A DNA stretch of 64,000 nucleotides from Patescibacteria group bacterium (lineage in GTDB: Bacteria > Patescibacteriota > Minisyncoccia > Phycocordibacterales > WO2-35-19). Below the pieces are notes generated by a model. The model made no database searches. It was not told where the DNA came from and saw only the letters and a program-made list of their open reading frames with translations. Positions 33,841-43,876 of the stretch are shown here, piece after piece; the first letter of the stretch is position 1, and each line of letters begins with the position of its first letter. The stretch covers positions 218 to 64,217 of the forward strand of contig JBBTQO010000009.1 in assembly GCA_038065655.1 (NCBI GenBank), written 5' to 3'. A program made the position numbers and the translations under genes.

Positions 33841-35166
33841 ATGCGAAAAAATCTTCTTTTAGCAGAACATCTAACCATCTCGTCAGTAGTTCTCTTTATT
33901 ATGCTTGGCGCAGTTTTTGCGTCTTTTTCTTTGGTGGAAGACATTTTAACGAGACCGCAGAGATATTTTAGTACCGAATTATCATCGGAAGAAATACAGT
34001 TTATTCTTGTTCATATATCATTTGTCATAATCAGTGTTCTTGCCTCTTACATTATTTATTTGGTGCTCTCATTACATACCCGTACCGAAATTACTGTTTT
34101 TAATACTACTAAATCGTTAGCGGCTTCATTGGAGCAATTTGTTAAATTTTATGAAGAGGCGCCGGTGCCTTATATTATTATTGATAAATCAGGAAAAATA
34201 ATAAATCCAAACAAAGCCGCCCTGCGCTTCTTTGGAGTAGTTTTGGAAGAAATTAAAGAAAAAGATATTTTTCATTATCAACCAGAAGAAGATAAAGATA
34301 GAATAGAAAAACTGACCAGATATTATAAAGGAAACATTCCTATTAATAGGGAAGAAGTACGGATAGTTACCAAAAGTGGCGCTATTAAATGGGCTCTGCT
34401 ATCAATTTTTGAAACAAAAGATCCTGAGAGCTTTGCTCGTACCGGGCTAGTTACTATTTTTGATATCACTGAACAAAAACAATTGGATCAAGCAAAAACA
34501 GAATTTGTTTCTCTGGCTTCGCATCAATTGCGGACACCGGTGGCTACCGTTAAATGGTATGTAGAGATGTTGCTTTCGGGTAATATGGGGGAATTTTCTC
34601 CTAAACAAAATGATTATCTTGGGACGGTATATAAAGTAAACGAGGAGATGATTGATTTGGTAGAAACTTTGTTAAATGTTTCAAGAGTTGAAATCGGTTC
34701 CGTAAGAGTTGAATCTAAACCAACCAATGCTATTGACCTCACTGAAGGCATATTGGTAGAGCTTTCTCCTCAAATCGAAACAAAAAAGATAAATATTGAA
34801 AGACAGTATGATGATAATTTAAGAAATATAGAAAGTGATCCAAAGTTATTGCGCATAGTGATTCAAAATTTAATTTCTAATGCTGTAAAATATACTCCAG
34901 ATGGGGGCACTGTTGCTATTCGTTTTAAAGAATCTTTAGGAGAGAATATCATTGTTGTTTCCGATAATGGTATTGGTATTCCGGAAAATCAACAAAATAA
35001 GGTCTTTACAAAAATGTTTCGAGCAGACAATGCCCACAATTTAACTGGAAGTCAAGGTACTGGTTTGGGTCTATATTTGGTAAAATCAATAATAGAAGCA
35101 ATGGGCGGGAATATAAGTTTTATATCAAAAGAAGACGAAGGTAGCACCTTCACAATTAAACTTTAA
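33841..35166 (+). CDS. sensor histidine kinase (TM + PAS + HisKA + HATPase)
   Basis: H-box FVSLASHQLRTPVATV. N, G1 and G2 boxes (NLISNAVKYT, DNGIGI, GTGLGL). Confidence 0.8.
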   Translation: MRKNLLLAEHLTISSVVLFIMLGAVFASFSLVEDILTRPQRYFSTELSSEEIQFILVHISFVIISVLASYIIYLVLSLHTRTEITVFNTTKSLAASLEQFVKFYEEAPVPYIIIDKSGKIINPNKAALRFFGVVLEEIKEKDIFHYQPEEDKDRIEKLTRYYKGNIPINREEVRIVTKSGAIKWALLSIFETKDPESFARTGLVTIFDITEQKQLDQAKTEFVSLASHQLRTPVATVKWYVEMLLSGNMGEFSPKQNDYLGTVYKVNEEMIDLVETLLNVSRVEIGSVRVESKPTNAIDLTEGILVELSPQIETKKINIERQYDDNLRNIESDPKLLRIVIQNLISNAVKYTPDGGTVAIRFKESLGENIIVVSDNGIGIPENQQNKVFTKMFRADNAHNLTGSQGTGLGLYLVKSIIEAMGGNISFISKEDEGSTFTIKL

Positions 35167-35183
35167 AAGTTATTTTAAAATAT

Positions 35184-35570
35184 ATGGAAGAAACAAATAA
35201 AAAAAGAATATTAGTTGTTGACGACGATGATAATTTAAGATCAGTTTTAATTGATAAGCTAAATATTTCTGGGTTTGATGTGGCTGGGGCCTCTGATGGG
35301 AGAGAGGGCTTAAACAAAGCGTTTGAATTACGCCCCGATATTATATTGCTTGATGTTTTGATGCCTATAATGAATGGTCAAGAAATGCTTAGAAAATTGA
35401 GAGAGGATGAAGAGTGGGGTAAAAAGGTTAAAGTTATAATGCTCACAGTGGTAGAAGACGCGACAGTTATTGCCCAAGCCGTGCAAGACGGGAGTTTTGC
35501 CTATCTTATAAAAACAGATCAAAGTATAGATGATATAGTGGAGAAAATAAAAGGAATGCTCAAGATGTAA
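35184..35570 (+). CDS. single-domain response regulator (CheY-like receiver)
   Basis: ILVVDDDDNLRSV...DIILLDVLMP. 128 aa with no output domain. Confidence 0.8.
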   Translation: MEETNKKRILVVDDDDNLRSVLIDKLNISGFDVAGASDGREGLNKAFELRPDIILLDVLMPIMNGQEMLRKLREDEEWGKKVKVIMLTVVEDATVIAQAVQDGSFAYLIKTDQSIDDIVEKIKGMLKM

Positions 35571-35677
35571 TTAAAAAGGGGCCTTTATAAGGGGTCATAT
35601 TTTTGGTATGGGGTTGCTTTTTTCTTTGCTTTGTATTAGATTAGTACTTGTCCGCGAGAGCGGTTTTTAAGTTTCAA

Positions 35678-36097
35678 ATGCCTACTATAAATCAATTAGT
35701 TAAAAGAAAAAGAAAAATTCTTCGCTCGAAATCAAAAGCGATAGCTTTGGCGCGTGGTTTTAATACTTTAAAGAACAGACCGGTATATTATGCCTCTCCT
35801 TTTAAAAGAGGTGTTTGTACTAAAGTAACTACCAAAACTCCAAGAAAACCCAACTCAGCTATCCGAAAGATTGCCAGGGTCCGCTTAACCAATGGTATGG
35901 AAGTGACTGCCTATATCCCAGGAATGGGACACAATTTGCAAGAGCACTCAGTGGTTATGCTTAGAGGAGGGAGAGTGAAAGATATTGGAGTACGCTACAC
36001 CATAGTCAGAGGTAAGCTCGACGCTCAGGGCGTAGCCAATAGAAAGACCTCAAGATCAAGTTATGGCGTTAAAAGACCTAAAAAAGATGGAAAATAA
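35678..36097 (+). CDS. rpsL: 30S ribosomal protein S12
   Basis: [13 protein letters not shown]...[45 protein letters not shown]. Confidence 0.9.
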   Translation: MPTINQLVKRKRKILRSKSKAIALARGFNTLKNRPVYYASPFKRGVCTKVTTKTPRKPNSAIRKIARVRLTNGMEVTAYIPGMGHNLQEHSVVMLRGGRVKDIGVRYTIVRGKLDAQGVANRKTSRSSYGVKRPKKDGK

Positions 36098-36100
36098 AAT

Positions 36101-36571
36101 ATGAGAGGAAAAGTAAAAAACAGAAACATAGCTAAACCGGATATAATTTTTAATTCTCAAAAAGTTGAGAAGTTTATTAATTATGTAATGCAGGAAGGCA
36201 AGAAAAATACTGCCCGAAAAATAGTTTATACCGCTTTTGATTTAATTAAAGAAAAAGCCAAAGTAGAAAGTCCAATGGAAGTATTTGATACTGCTTTAAA
36301 AAATGCCGGACCAACTATGGAGGTTCGTTCTCGCCGAATTGGGGGTGCTAACTATCAAGTGCCGAGAGAAGTTAGACCAGAGAGAAGATCTTATCTTTCA
36401 ATGAAATGGATTATTGATGCCGCTAAAGCTAAAAAAGGCAAACCAATGGCCGAAAAACTTTCCGAGGAAATAATTTTAGCTTCTAAAAACGAAGGCGAAG
36501 CTATCAAAAAACGCGAAAACGTTCACAAAATGGCTGAATCCAACAAAGCTTTTGCCCATTTTGCGTGGTAA
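36101..36571 (+). CDS. rpsG: 30S ribosomal protein S7
   Basis: Typical S7 sequence, ...[19 protein letters not shown].... Confidence 0.9.
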   Translation: MRGKVKNRNIAKPDIIFNSQKVEKFINYVMQEGKKNTARKIVYTAFDLIKEKAKVESPMEVFDTALKNAGPTMEVRSRRIGGANYQVPREVRPERRSYLSMKWIIDAAKAKKGKPMAEKLSEEIILASKNEGEAIKKRENVHKMAESNKAFAHFAW

Positions 36572-36629
36572 TTTTTTCTTTCAATATTTTGTTGCAGAAG
36601 CACCACTCGGTGTTTTTTGTTTTTTAGTA

Positions 36630-36667
36630 ATACACAGATTACTGACAACCGTCAGTGATGTGTGTAT
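36630..36667 (+). promoter_or_regulatory. 38-nt palindromic operator-like site, copy 1 (overlaps a TATAAT box and abuts the paaX-like start)
   Basis: atacacagattactgacaaccgtcagtgatgtgtgtat. -10 TATAAT at 36668..36673, ATG at 36681. Confidence 0.55.
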
Positions 36668-36680
36668 TATAATAAAAGCA

Positions 36681-37250
36681 ATGATAACGAGTTTAGAGAA
36701 AAAAATTAAAAAGGCAAATATACAAAAAGTTATTTTGGAAACGGTAAAATTAGCTGGAATTATTGGTGTTGGAATAATTGCTCCGAATGTATTGAGGGCA
36801 ATGAAAAAAATGGGGTTCATTACACACCCAAGGCAAATTGAATCAATAAAAAGATCTCGAGATGTTCTTATTGAAAGAGGTTTGCTTGAAAATAAAAACG
36901 GGCAACTAAAGATAACGCAAGGAGGAAAAAGGTATTTATTCAGGTGCTTATCTTTGGGAGACAATAAGGAATTAAACAAAAATAAAAAATGGGATGGCAA
37001 ATGGCGGGTTTTAATTTTTGACATTCCCGAAAGCAGGAGATTTGACAGAACAAATATTCGCCAAGCTCTTATTTCAATCGGATTTATGAGGTTGCAGGAT
37101 AGTGTTTGGATATATCCATATAGTTGTGAAAACATAGTATCTCTTTTAAAAGCTGAAACCGAAACGGAAGGAGATGTTTTGTATATGATTGTGGAAGCAT
37201 TGGAAAATGACGAAGAAGTAAAAAAATACTTCGGACTTAGTAAAAAATAG
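36681..37250 (+). CDS. PaaX-family transcriptional regulator-like protein
   Basis: C-terminal KWDGKWRVLIFDIPESRRFDRTNIRQALISIGFMRLQDSVWIYP matches the PaaX_C signature (WDG.W.lv.fdlPe..r..Rd.lr..L...GFg.l..gvWi.P). Inserted between rpsG and fusA. Confidence 0.65.
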   Translation: MITSLEKKIKKANIQKVILETVKLAGIIGVGIIAPNVLRAMKKMGFITHPRQIESIKRSRDVLIERGLLENKNGQLKITQGGKRYLFRCLSLGDNKELNKNKKWDGKWRVLIFDIPESRRFDRTNIRQALISIGFMRLQDSVWIYPYSCENIVSLLKAETETEGDVLYMIVEALENDEEVKKYFGLSKK

Positions 37251-37260
37251 ATTTTTTGGT

Positions 37261-37298
37261 ATACACAGGTTATTGACGGTCGTCGATGATGTGTGTAT
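37261..37298 (+). promoter_or_regulatory. 38-nt palindromic operator-like site, copy 2 (immediately after the paaX-like stop)
   Basis: atacacaggttattgacggtcgtcgatgatgtgtgtat. Confidence 0.5.
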
Positions 37299-37353
37299 AT
37301 GGTTTTAGATTTTATTTTAAATTAAAGCTGATGTAATAAAATTTATAAAAAAT

Positions 37354-37390
37354 GGACGATCGCCTGTTGTGGCGATCGTCCCCTGAATCA
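37354..37390. terminator. bidirectional intrinsic terminator
   Basis: Perfect stem GGACGATCGCC/GGCGATCGTCC with loop TGTTGT, flanked by T/A runs on both strands. Confidence 0.55.
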
Positions 37391-37414
37391 ATTTTTTACT
37401 TCAGAGCCCAGTAT

Positions 37415-37660
37415 TTACCTTGGTAGATCCGAAAGTTTGTGTGGTACCTGAACAAAAACTACCGAGGCCTCAAATTCCAAGTCACTGACTTTCAGTCTCA
37501 ATTTGAAATACTCTTTTTTCTCATTGAGATGAAACCACCCTCTTTTTTTGAGATATTGCACTGCAAAATCAGCAGCCACAAATTCACCATATTGATGGCC
37601 GGCTACTTCAATCCTGTATTTACCGATCATTCCTGTTAAATGCATGGGGCATCTGCGCAT
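37415..37660 (-). CDS. hypothetical 81-aa protein
   Basis: ORF between the paaX-like cassette and the fusA promoter. No recognisable family. Confidence 0.3.
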   Translation of the reverse strand: MRRCPMHLTGMIGKYRIEVAGHQYGEFVAADFAVQYLKKRGWFHLNEKKEYFKLRLKVSDLEFEASVVFVQVPHKLSDLPR

Positions 37661-37777
37661 TTTACACCTTTGCCATTAAACTACCCCTGTTTAGATATTT
37701 TTGCAATTTATTGCTTGTTGGTGTATATTTTCAAGTGTTCCTTACGGAATTTTTTATTTACCTAAATTATTTATTTT

Positions 37778-39931
37778 ATGAATCGTGATTATCCGTTAGA
37801 GAGAGTTAGAAATTTTGGAATTATAGCCCATATTGATGCCGGCAAGACTACTGTTTCCGAGCGTATTTTGTTTTACACCGGAAGCCAGCACAAGATTGGA
37901 GAAGTGCATGAAGGGGAGACTACCACTGACTGGATGGAACAGGAGCGGGAACGAGGAATTACTATCACCGCGGCCGCCATTACTTGTTTTTGGGCACCAA
38001 CATATTTGGGTGAAGAAAGCAGAAAAAACAAAGATAATAAATATCGTTTTAATATTATTGATACTCCAGGGCACATTGATTTTACAGTGGAAGTGAAAAG
38101 ATCAATGCGTGTTTTGGATGCGGCTGTTTGTGTGTTTGATGGCGTAGCCGGAGTTGAGCCTCAGAGCGAAACCAACTGGCGCTATGCCGAGGAAGCCGCT
38201 GTGCCTCGTCTTTGTTTTATAAATAAATTAGATCGAATTGGCGCTAACTTTGAAAAATCATATAAATCAATTTTGGTCAGACTTTCCAAAAAGGCCGTTC
38301 GTATGCAAATACCGGTTGGTGAGGAAGATAAACACGAAGGACAAATTGATTTGTTAAAAATGAAAGCTTACAAATTTGAAGGTCACTTGGGCGGTAATGT
38401 GATTGAGACAGAAGTTCCTGAGAATTTGAAGGAGGAAGCCTTAAAATACCGAGCTGAATTGGTGGAAAGAATTGTAGAGAACAATGATGAAATGATGAAT
38501 AAATATTTAGCTGGGGAGGAAATTGCTGTCGCCGATTTGAAAAAGATTTTGCGCGAAGCTGTTATTGCTAATAAAATTTTCCCAGTTTTTTGTGGTTCTG
38601 CTTTGAAAAATAAAGGAGTGCAGTTGGTTTTGGATGCCGTCGTTGATTATCTACCTAGTCCACTCGATATGCCGGCTATAAAAGGTATTGATCCGAGAAC
38701 TGGCGAAGAGGTAGAAAGACACCCTTCTGACGAAGAACCATTTTCTGCTTTGGCTTTCAAACTTCAAGCCGATCCTTTCGTGGGACAACTCACATTCTTC
38801 CGGGTTTATTCTGGGACAATTGAGTCAGGCTCTTATATATATAATGCTTCAACTGGTGACAAAGAAAGACTTGGTCGTATCGTGCGATTACAGGCCGATA
38901 AGAGAGAAGAAGTGAAAAAAGTTTTTGCCGGAGAAATTGCCGCCGCTGTCGGTTTGAAAGATACCAAAACTTCAAACACATTTTGTGATGAAAATAATCC
39001 TATTATTTTGGAGACCATCATTTTCCCAGAACCAGTTATTTCACTTCGCATTGAACCTAAGACCAAAGCTGACCAAGAGAGAATGGGTATGGCCCTGCAT
39101 CGCCTTTCAGATGAAGACCCAACCTTTAAAGTTAAAGGTGATCCAGAAACAGGAGAAACTGTTATTTCTGGAATGGGCGAATTACATTTGGATATTATTG
39201 TTGATCGTATGAAAAGAGAATTTAATGTGGAAGCTAATGTCGGTGCGCCACAAGTAGCGTACAAAGAGACTATTACCGGTACGGCCGAAGCCGAAACTAA
39301 ATACATCAAACAGACTGGTGGAAAAGGTCAATACGGTCACGTCAAACTCAATATTAAACCTTTGGAGGCAGAAGTGGAAAATAAGAAAAAACAGAAAAAC
39401 ATTCATCGCGAAGAAGGTTTTGAATTCGTTGATTCCATCAAAGGTGGTGTGATTCCTTCTGAATTTATCCCTGCGGTTGAAAAGGGTGTCAAAGAGGCGA
39501 TGGAGCGAGGTATCGTGGCTGGCTACAAAATGGTGGATATTTCTTGTGAACTTACCTTTGGTTCTTACCATGATGTGGACTCATCTGAAATCGCTTACAA
39601 GATTGCCGCATCGCAAGCATTCCAAGAGGCGGCCAAAAAAGCTAAACCAGTGATTCTTGAACCCATTATGAAATTGGAAGTGGTGGTGCCGGAACAGTTT
39701 ATGGGTGATATTACGGGCCACCTTTCATCTAAACGAGGTTTGATTGAAGGTATGGATGATAGAGCTGGACTCAAAGTGGTTAAAGCTAAAGTGCCTCTTT
39801 CAGAATTATTTGGTTATGTTACAACACTTCGCTCTATGACTGAGGGTCGTGGTAATGCTAACATTGAATTTGATCACTATGCTATCGTGCCGGCTAACAT
39901 AGCTTTGGCTATTGTGGAAGCGAGGAAATAA
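37778..39931 (+). CDS. fusA: elongation factor G
   Basis: NFGIIAHIDAGKTTVSERILFYTG, DTPGHIDF, NKLD. 717 aa. Confidence 0.95.
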   Translation: MNRDYPLERVRNFGIIAHIDAGKTTVSERILFYTGSQHKIGEVHEGETTTDWMEQERERGITITAAAITCFWAPTYLGEESRKNKDNKYRFNIIDTPGHIDFTVEVKRSMRVLDAAVCVFDGVAGVEPQSETNWRYAEEAAVPRLCFINKLDRIGANFEKSYKSILVRLSKKAVRMQIPVGEEDKHEGQIDLLKMKAYKFEGHLGGNVIETEVPENLKEEALKYRAELVERIVENNDEMMNKYLAGEEIAVADLKKILREAVIANKIFPVFCGSALKNKGVQLVLDAVVDYLPSPLDMPAIKGIDPRTGEEVERHPSDEEPFSALAFKLQADPFVGQLTFFRVYSGTIESGSYIYNASTGDKERLGRIVRLQADKREEVKKVFAGEIAAAVGLKDTKTSNTFCDENNPIILETIIFPEPVISLRIEPKTKADQERMGMALHRLSDEDPTFKVKGDPETGETVISGMGELHLDIIVDRMKREFNVEANVGAPQVAYKETITGTAEAETKYIKQTGGKGQYGHVKLNIKPLEAEVENKKKQKNIHREEGFEFVDSIKGGVIPSEFIPAVEKGVKEAMERGIVAGYKMVDISCELTFGSYHDVDSSEIAYKIAASQAFQEAAKKAKPVILEPIMKLEVVVPEQFMGDITGHLSSKRGLIEGMDDRAGLKVVKAKVPLSELFGYVTTLRSMTEGRGNANIEFDHYAIVPANIALAIVEARK

Positions 39932-39989
39932 TTCCCTTCCCAAAGGGTGACCCTTGAAGATCCTGCCCCAAAGGGTCATCCTCAAATTT
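39931..39989 (+). terminator. Family-B post-stop hairpin (after fusA), stem with compensatory changes
   Basis: attcccttcccaAAGGGTGACCCTTgaagatcctgccccaAAGGGTCATCCTCaaattt. Confidence 0.6.
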
Positions 39990-40308
39990 TTATAAAATCC
40001 CGTCGATTTTCTGGAGACCGGAAGAGATGTTCGAATTCAAATTTGGGAAACTTCCCGCCAGAGAAGCTTTACCAAAGAAGAACAGGAAGCCAGAAGACGG
40101 CTCCGGAAAATCACTCGTTTTAAGAAAAAGATTCTGAGAAATCAGGATCAGCAATTTGGCCATTAGCTCTGTTTTGCGAGCGCAGGACAGAGCTAATTCT
40201 TTGTGTTATATTAAATGCGTTATAAGTAATTGCGAGATAAATAATTTTTGAATATTTTTGGGCCCAAAATTTGGGAGTAAAAACATTCAAGAATTATCTC
40301 GCGTAAAT

Positions 40309-42462
40309 AGAATGAAGACAAAAAAATATGAAATGGAAATTGGAGGTGAGAAATTGACGGCCGAGTTTAGTGATTTGGCGGAAAATGCTCACGGTTCGGT
40401 AATTTTGAGATTGGGAGACACGACTGTCCTCGCGACGGCGGTTATGTCAAAAGGAGAAAAAGATTTGGAACATTTTCCTCTCTCGGTTGAATATGAGGAA
40501 AGATTTTATGCTTCAGGGCAGATTTTGGGCTCCCGGTTTATGAGAAGAGAGGGGAGACCCTCTGATGAAGCTGTGCTTTCCGGCAGGATCGTTGACCGAA
40601 CTATCCGGCCTCTTTTTGATAGCAATTTGAGAAATGAGATTCAGGTGGTAGTGACAGTGTTTTCTCTTGATAAATATGACCCTGATATTTTGGGAGTTAT
40701 TGCTTCTTCTTTAGCTTTGGCCACTTCAGAAATTCCTTGGAACGGACCTGTGGGCGCCGTGAGAATTGGCAAATTAAAAGGCAAAGAAGAATTTTTAATT
40801 AATCCTTCTTATGAAATGAGAAATTTGTCTGAATTAGAAAATGGAGAAAATAAAAAAGAAGATTATGAATTGGACATGATAGTTTGTGGCCGAGATGGCA
40901 CAGTAAATATGATTGAAGTGGGGTCTAATCAAGTTTCGGAAGACATACTGATGAAGGCTTTAGAAAAAGCAAATGGAGAATTGGCTAAATTGCAAAAATT
41001 TCAGGAAAATATAATAAAAGAAATAGGCAAAGAAAAAAGAGAAATCAAAAAAACAGAAGTGGCCGAAGATTTGAAAAAAGCTTTTGATTCTCAAGTTTTA
41101 ACGAAAATGAAAGATTTGGTGGGTGAAGCTGGTAAACATAAAATTTATGCTTTAGAAGATGAGTGGTTCAAATACTTAAACGAAAATATGCCAGAAGCCG
41201 ACCTTCGAGTGGCCAAAAAACTTTTCCACGGAGCCATTAACGATTTTATTCACCAGATTTCTATTGATGACAACAAACGTATCGATGGTCGCGGTTTTGA
41301 TGAACTTAGAAACTTATATGCTAAGGCAGGAGGTATCTCTCCGATTTTGCACGGTTCGGGTATTTTCTATCGAGGTGGTACTCACATCTTTTCCGCTTTA
41401 ACTTTAGGCGCTCCTGGAGATTCACAAGTGATTGACGGGATGGAAACTCATACTGATAAAAGATTTATGCATCATTACAATTTTCCTCCCTTTTCTGTTG
41501 GTGAAGTTGGCAGAGTGGGTGGCATGAACAGAAGAATGATTGGTCACGGCGCATTGGCCGAAAAAGCTTTGATTCCTATTTTGCCTTCTAAAGATGAATT
41601 TCCTTATACCATTAGAATTGTTTCAGAAGTTTTATCCTCTAACGGTTCTTCTTCTATGGGTTCGGTTTGTGGTTCTACTTTGGCTCTTATGGATGCTGGT
41701 GTGCCAATCAAAAAACCGGTGGCTGGAATAGCATCTGGGCTTATGATGCAACTCTTCGACTCCGCTCAGGGTCAAAATTTTAAATATAAAATTTTGACCG
41801 ATATCCAAGGTCCGGAAGATGAGCACGGCGATATGGATTTTAAAGTAGCGGGAACTCGTGATGGAGTGACGGCAGTTCAGATGGATGTCAAAGTGGATGG
41901 TATTCCTTTACCTATACTTAAAGAAGCTTTTGAAAAAGCCAAAATGGCGCGCATAAAAATATTGGATGTGATTGAAGCGGAAATAAAAGAGCCTAGAAAA
42001 GAATTGTCGCCTAAAGCGCCGAGAATAATTTCTATTAAAATTAAGCCAGAGCAAATCGGGATGGTGATTGGAACTGGTGGCAAGGTTATAAACGAAATCA
42101 AAGATAGTACTGGGGTTGAAATCGATATAGAGGAAGATGGCACGGTTTACATTACTGGCGAAGCCACTGGCGCTGAAAAAGCCAAGGCCCTGATAGAAGA
42201 TATTGTTAAGGAATACAAAGAAGGCGATAGAGTTTTTGGCGAAGTGGTGCGAGTGGCTGATTTTGGTGTGATCGTCAAACTTGGGTCAAAAAGTGACGGC
42301 TTGGTGCATGTTTCCGAAATTGCTCCGTTCCGAATAGAAAAAGTAGAGACTTATATGAAAGTAGGAATGAAAGTACCTGTTATAATAAAAGGCATAGATG
42401 ACAAAGGACGATTGAAACTTTCTATCAAAGATGCTGACCCTAACTTTGTGCAAAAGAAATAG
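40309..42462 (+). CDS. pnp: polynucleotide phosphorylase
   Basis: Two RNase PH domains plus C-terminal KH and S1 domains (GVIVKLGSKSDGLVHVSEI). Confidence 0.9.
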   Translation, partial: RMKTKKYEMEIGGEKLTAEFSDLAENAHGSVILRLGDTTVLATAVMSKGEKDLEHFPLSVEYEERFYASGQILGSRFMRREGRPSDEAVLSGRIVDRTIRPLFDSNLRNEIQVVVTVFSLDKYDPDILGVIASSLALATSEIPWNGPVGAVRIGKLKGKEEFLINPSYEMRNLSELENGENKKEDYELDMIVCGRDGTVNMIEVGSNQVSEDILMKALEKANGELAKLQKFQENIIKEIGKEKREIKKTEVAEDLKKAFDSQVLTKMKDLVGEAGKHKIYALEDEWFKYLNENMPEADLRVAKKLFHGAINDFIHQISIDDNKRIDGRGFDELRNLYAKAGGISPILHGSGIFYRGGTHIFSALTLGAPGDSQVIDGMETHTDKRFMHHYNFPPFSVGEVGRVGGMNRRMIGHGALAEKALIPILPSKDEFPYTIRIVSEVLSSNGSSSMGSVCGSTLALMDAGVPIKKPVAGIASGLMMQLFDSAQGQNFKYKILTDIQGPEDEHGDMDFKVAGTRDGVTAVQMDVKVDGIPLPILKEAFEKAKMARIKILDVIEAEIKEPRKELSPKAPRIISIKIKPEQIGMVIGTGGKVINEIKDSTGVEIDIEEDGTVYITGEATGAEKAKALIEDIVKEYKEGDRVFGEVVRVADFGVIVKLGSKSDGLVHVSEIAPFRIEKVETYMKVGMKVPVIIKGIDDKGRLKLSIKDADPNFVQKK

Positions 42463-42474
42463 TATAATACAAGT

Positions 42475-43461
42475 ATGGATCCTCAAGAAAAAAATGATAA
42501 CCCCAATAAATTTGGGAAGGTAATTGATGCTTTGCATAGCAAGCAAAAGCTTGCTTCTTTGCGTACTTATCAGGGAGACATGGCGGAGTTTATAAAAGAA
42601 AAAAATCAATCTACCATTTCCATTGCCCTAAAAGAGAAGGAAAGAAAAGAAGAAAGAGAAGAAAAAGAAGAGTTGGCTCCAGAGCAAAAAAGGGTAACAG
42701 CAAGTGGTAATGATTTTAAAATGAATTTAACTTCGCTTGCTTTAAGCCTTCTTTTGCTTGCTGGCGGGGCAGTGGCTTCTCTGTATATTTTTCAATTTAT
42801 AGGGAAAGAACCACCGGTAGAGGTTATACTTGATACCGAAATTATTCCTTACAACAATTCAATTATTCTAGCTAACCTAACTAATAAAAATATTGGAGAG
42901 GAATTTACTAAATTAGCATTAAGCAACGGTGTCAGTATTATAAAAGTATCAGATACTAGTGGTTTGGTTCTACAAAAATCCCAAGATTTTCTAGATTTTC
43001 TAGAAATATCTTTACCGGGAACTTTAGAGCGAACTCTAAAAAACGAGTACGCGATTGGAATAATTTCTCAAAATAATCAAAAGGCGTATTTCTTGGTGCT
43101 TGCCGTCAATGATTTTGGTCGCGCTTTCTCAGGTATGCTTGAGTGGGAAAAAACTATGGAAAAAGATCTAACATTCTTTAATGTGGAAATTAAACCAGCA
43201 AGTAATACAAATGTTACAACCAGTACTACTACAAGCACGACGACAAAAGTAATATTGTTTCCTACCCCGCTAGTCAAAGACGTGTTCAATTGGAAAGATT
43301 TAATTATTAAAAATAAGGATACTAGAGCACTGGTCAATCAAAAAAACCAGGCCCAAATTGCCTACACTTTTCTTGATAAAAACACTATTTTGATTACCAA
43401 TAATCTTACTGCTATCGGAGATATGTCAACTGCCTACGCTTCTCGATCATTTGCTAGATAG
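42475..43461 (+). CDS. hypothetical membrane-anchored protein
   Basis: 328 aa. Charged N-terminus, one TM segment (LTSLALSLLLLAGGAVASLYIF), Thr-rich linker. Confidence 0.4.
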   Translation: MDPQEKNDNPNKFGKVIDALHSKQKLASLRTYQGDMAEFIKEKNQSTISIALKEKERKEEREEKEELAPEQKRVTASGNDFKMNLTSLALSLLLLAGGAVASLYIFQFIGKEPPVEVILDTEIIPYNNSIILANLTNKNIGEEFTKLALSNGVSIIKVSDTSGLVLQKSQDFLDFLEISLPGTLERTLKNEYAIGIISQNNQKAYFLVLAVNDFGRAFSGMLEWEKTMEKDLTFFNVEIKPASNTNVTTSTTTSTTTKVILFPTPLVKDVFNWKDLIIKNKDTRALVNQKNQAQIAYTFLDKNTILITNNLTAIGDMSTAYASRSFAR

Positions 43462-43484
43462 CCATATTATGTTAATATATAGAC

Positions 43485-43850
43485 ATGAGAAATGATATAG
43501 ACACAGAATATTTCAAAGAGAAATTAGAAGAGGAACTTCTCTTGGTAGAGAAGGAGCTTAATGATATTGGACGAAAAAATCCCAATAATAAAAATGATTG
43601 GGAAGCGGAGCCAACATTAATGAATGAAGATAGTGCTGATGAAAATGAAACTGCTGACAATATGGAGGAATTTGAGGGCAATACTGCAGTTTTAAAGGAA
43701 TTAGAAATCAGATATAACGACATAAAAACCGCGCTTAAAAAAATTGAAAAAAGTGAATATGGGATTTGTGAAGTTTGTGGTGAGCCGATAGAAGAAGAAA
43801 GATTAATTGCTAATCAAATTGCTCACACCTGCAAAGCCCACATGGGGTAA
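43485..43850 (+). CDS. DksA/TraR-family C4 zinc-finger regulator
   Basis: C-terminal YGICEVCGEPIEEERLIANQIAHTCKAH after a coiled-coil N-terminus. Confidence 0.7.
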   Translation: MRNDIDTEYFKEKLEEELLLVEKELNDIGRKNPNNKNDWEAEPTLMNEDSADENETADNMEEFEGNTAVLKELEIRYNDIKTALKKIEKSEYGICEVCGEPIEEERLIANQIAHTCKAHMG

Positions 43851-43876
43851 AACTTTTGTGTTAGAATATTTCTAAC

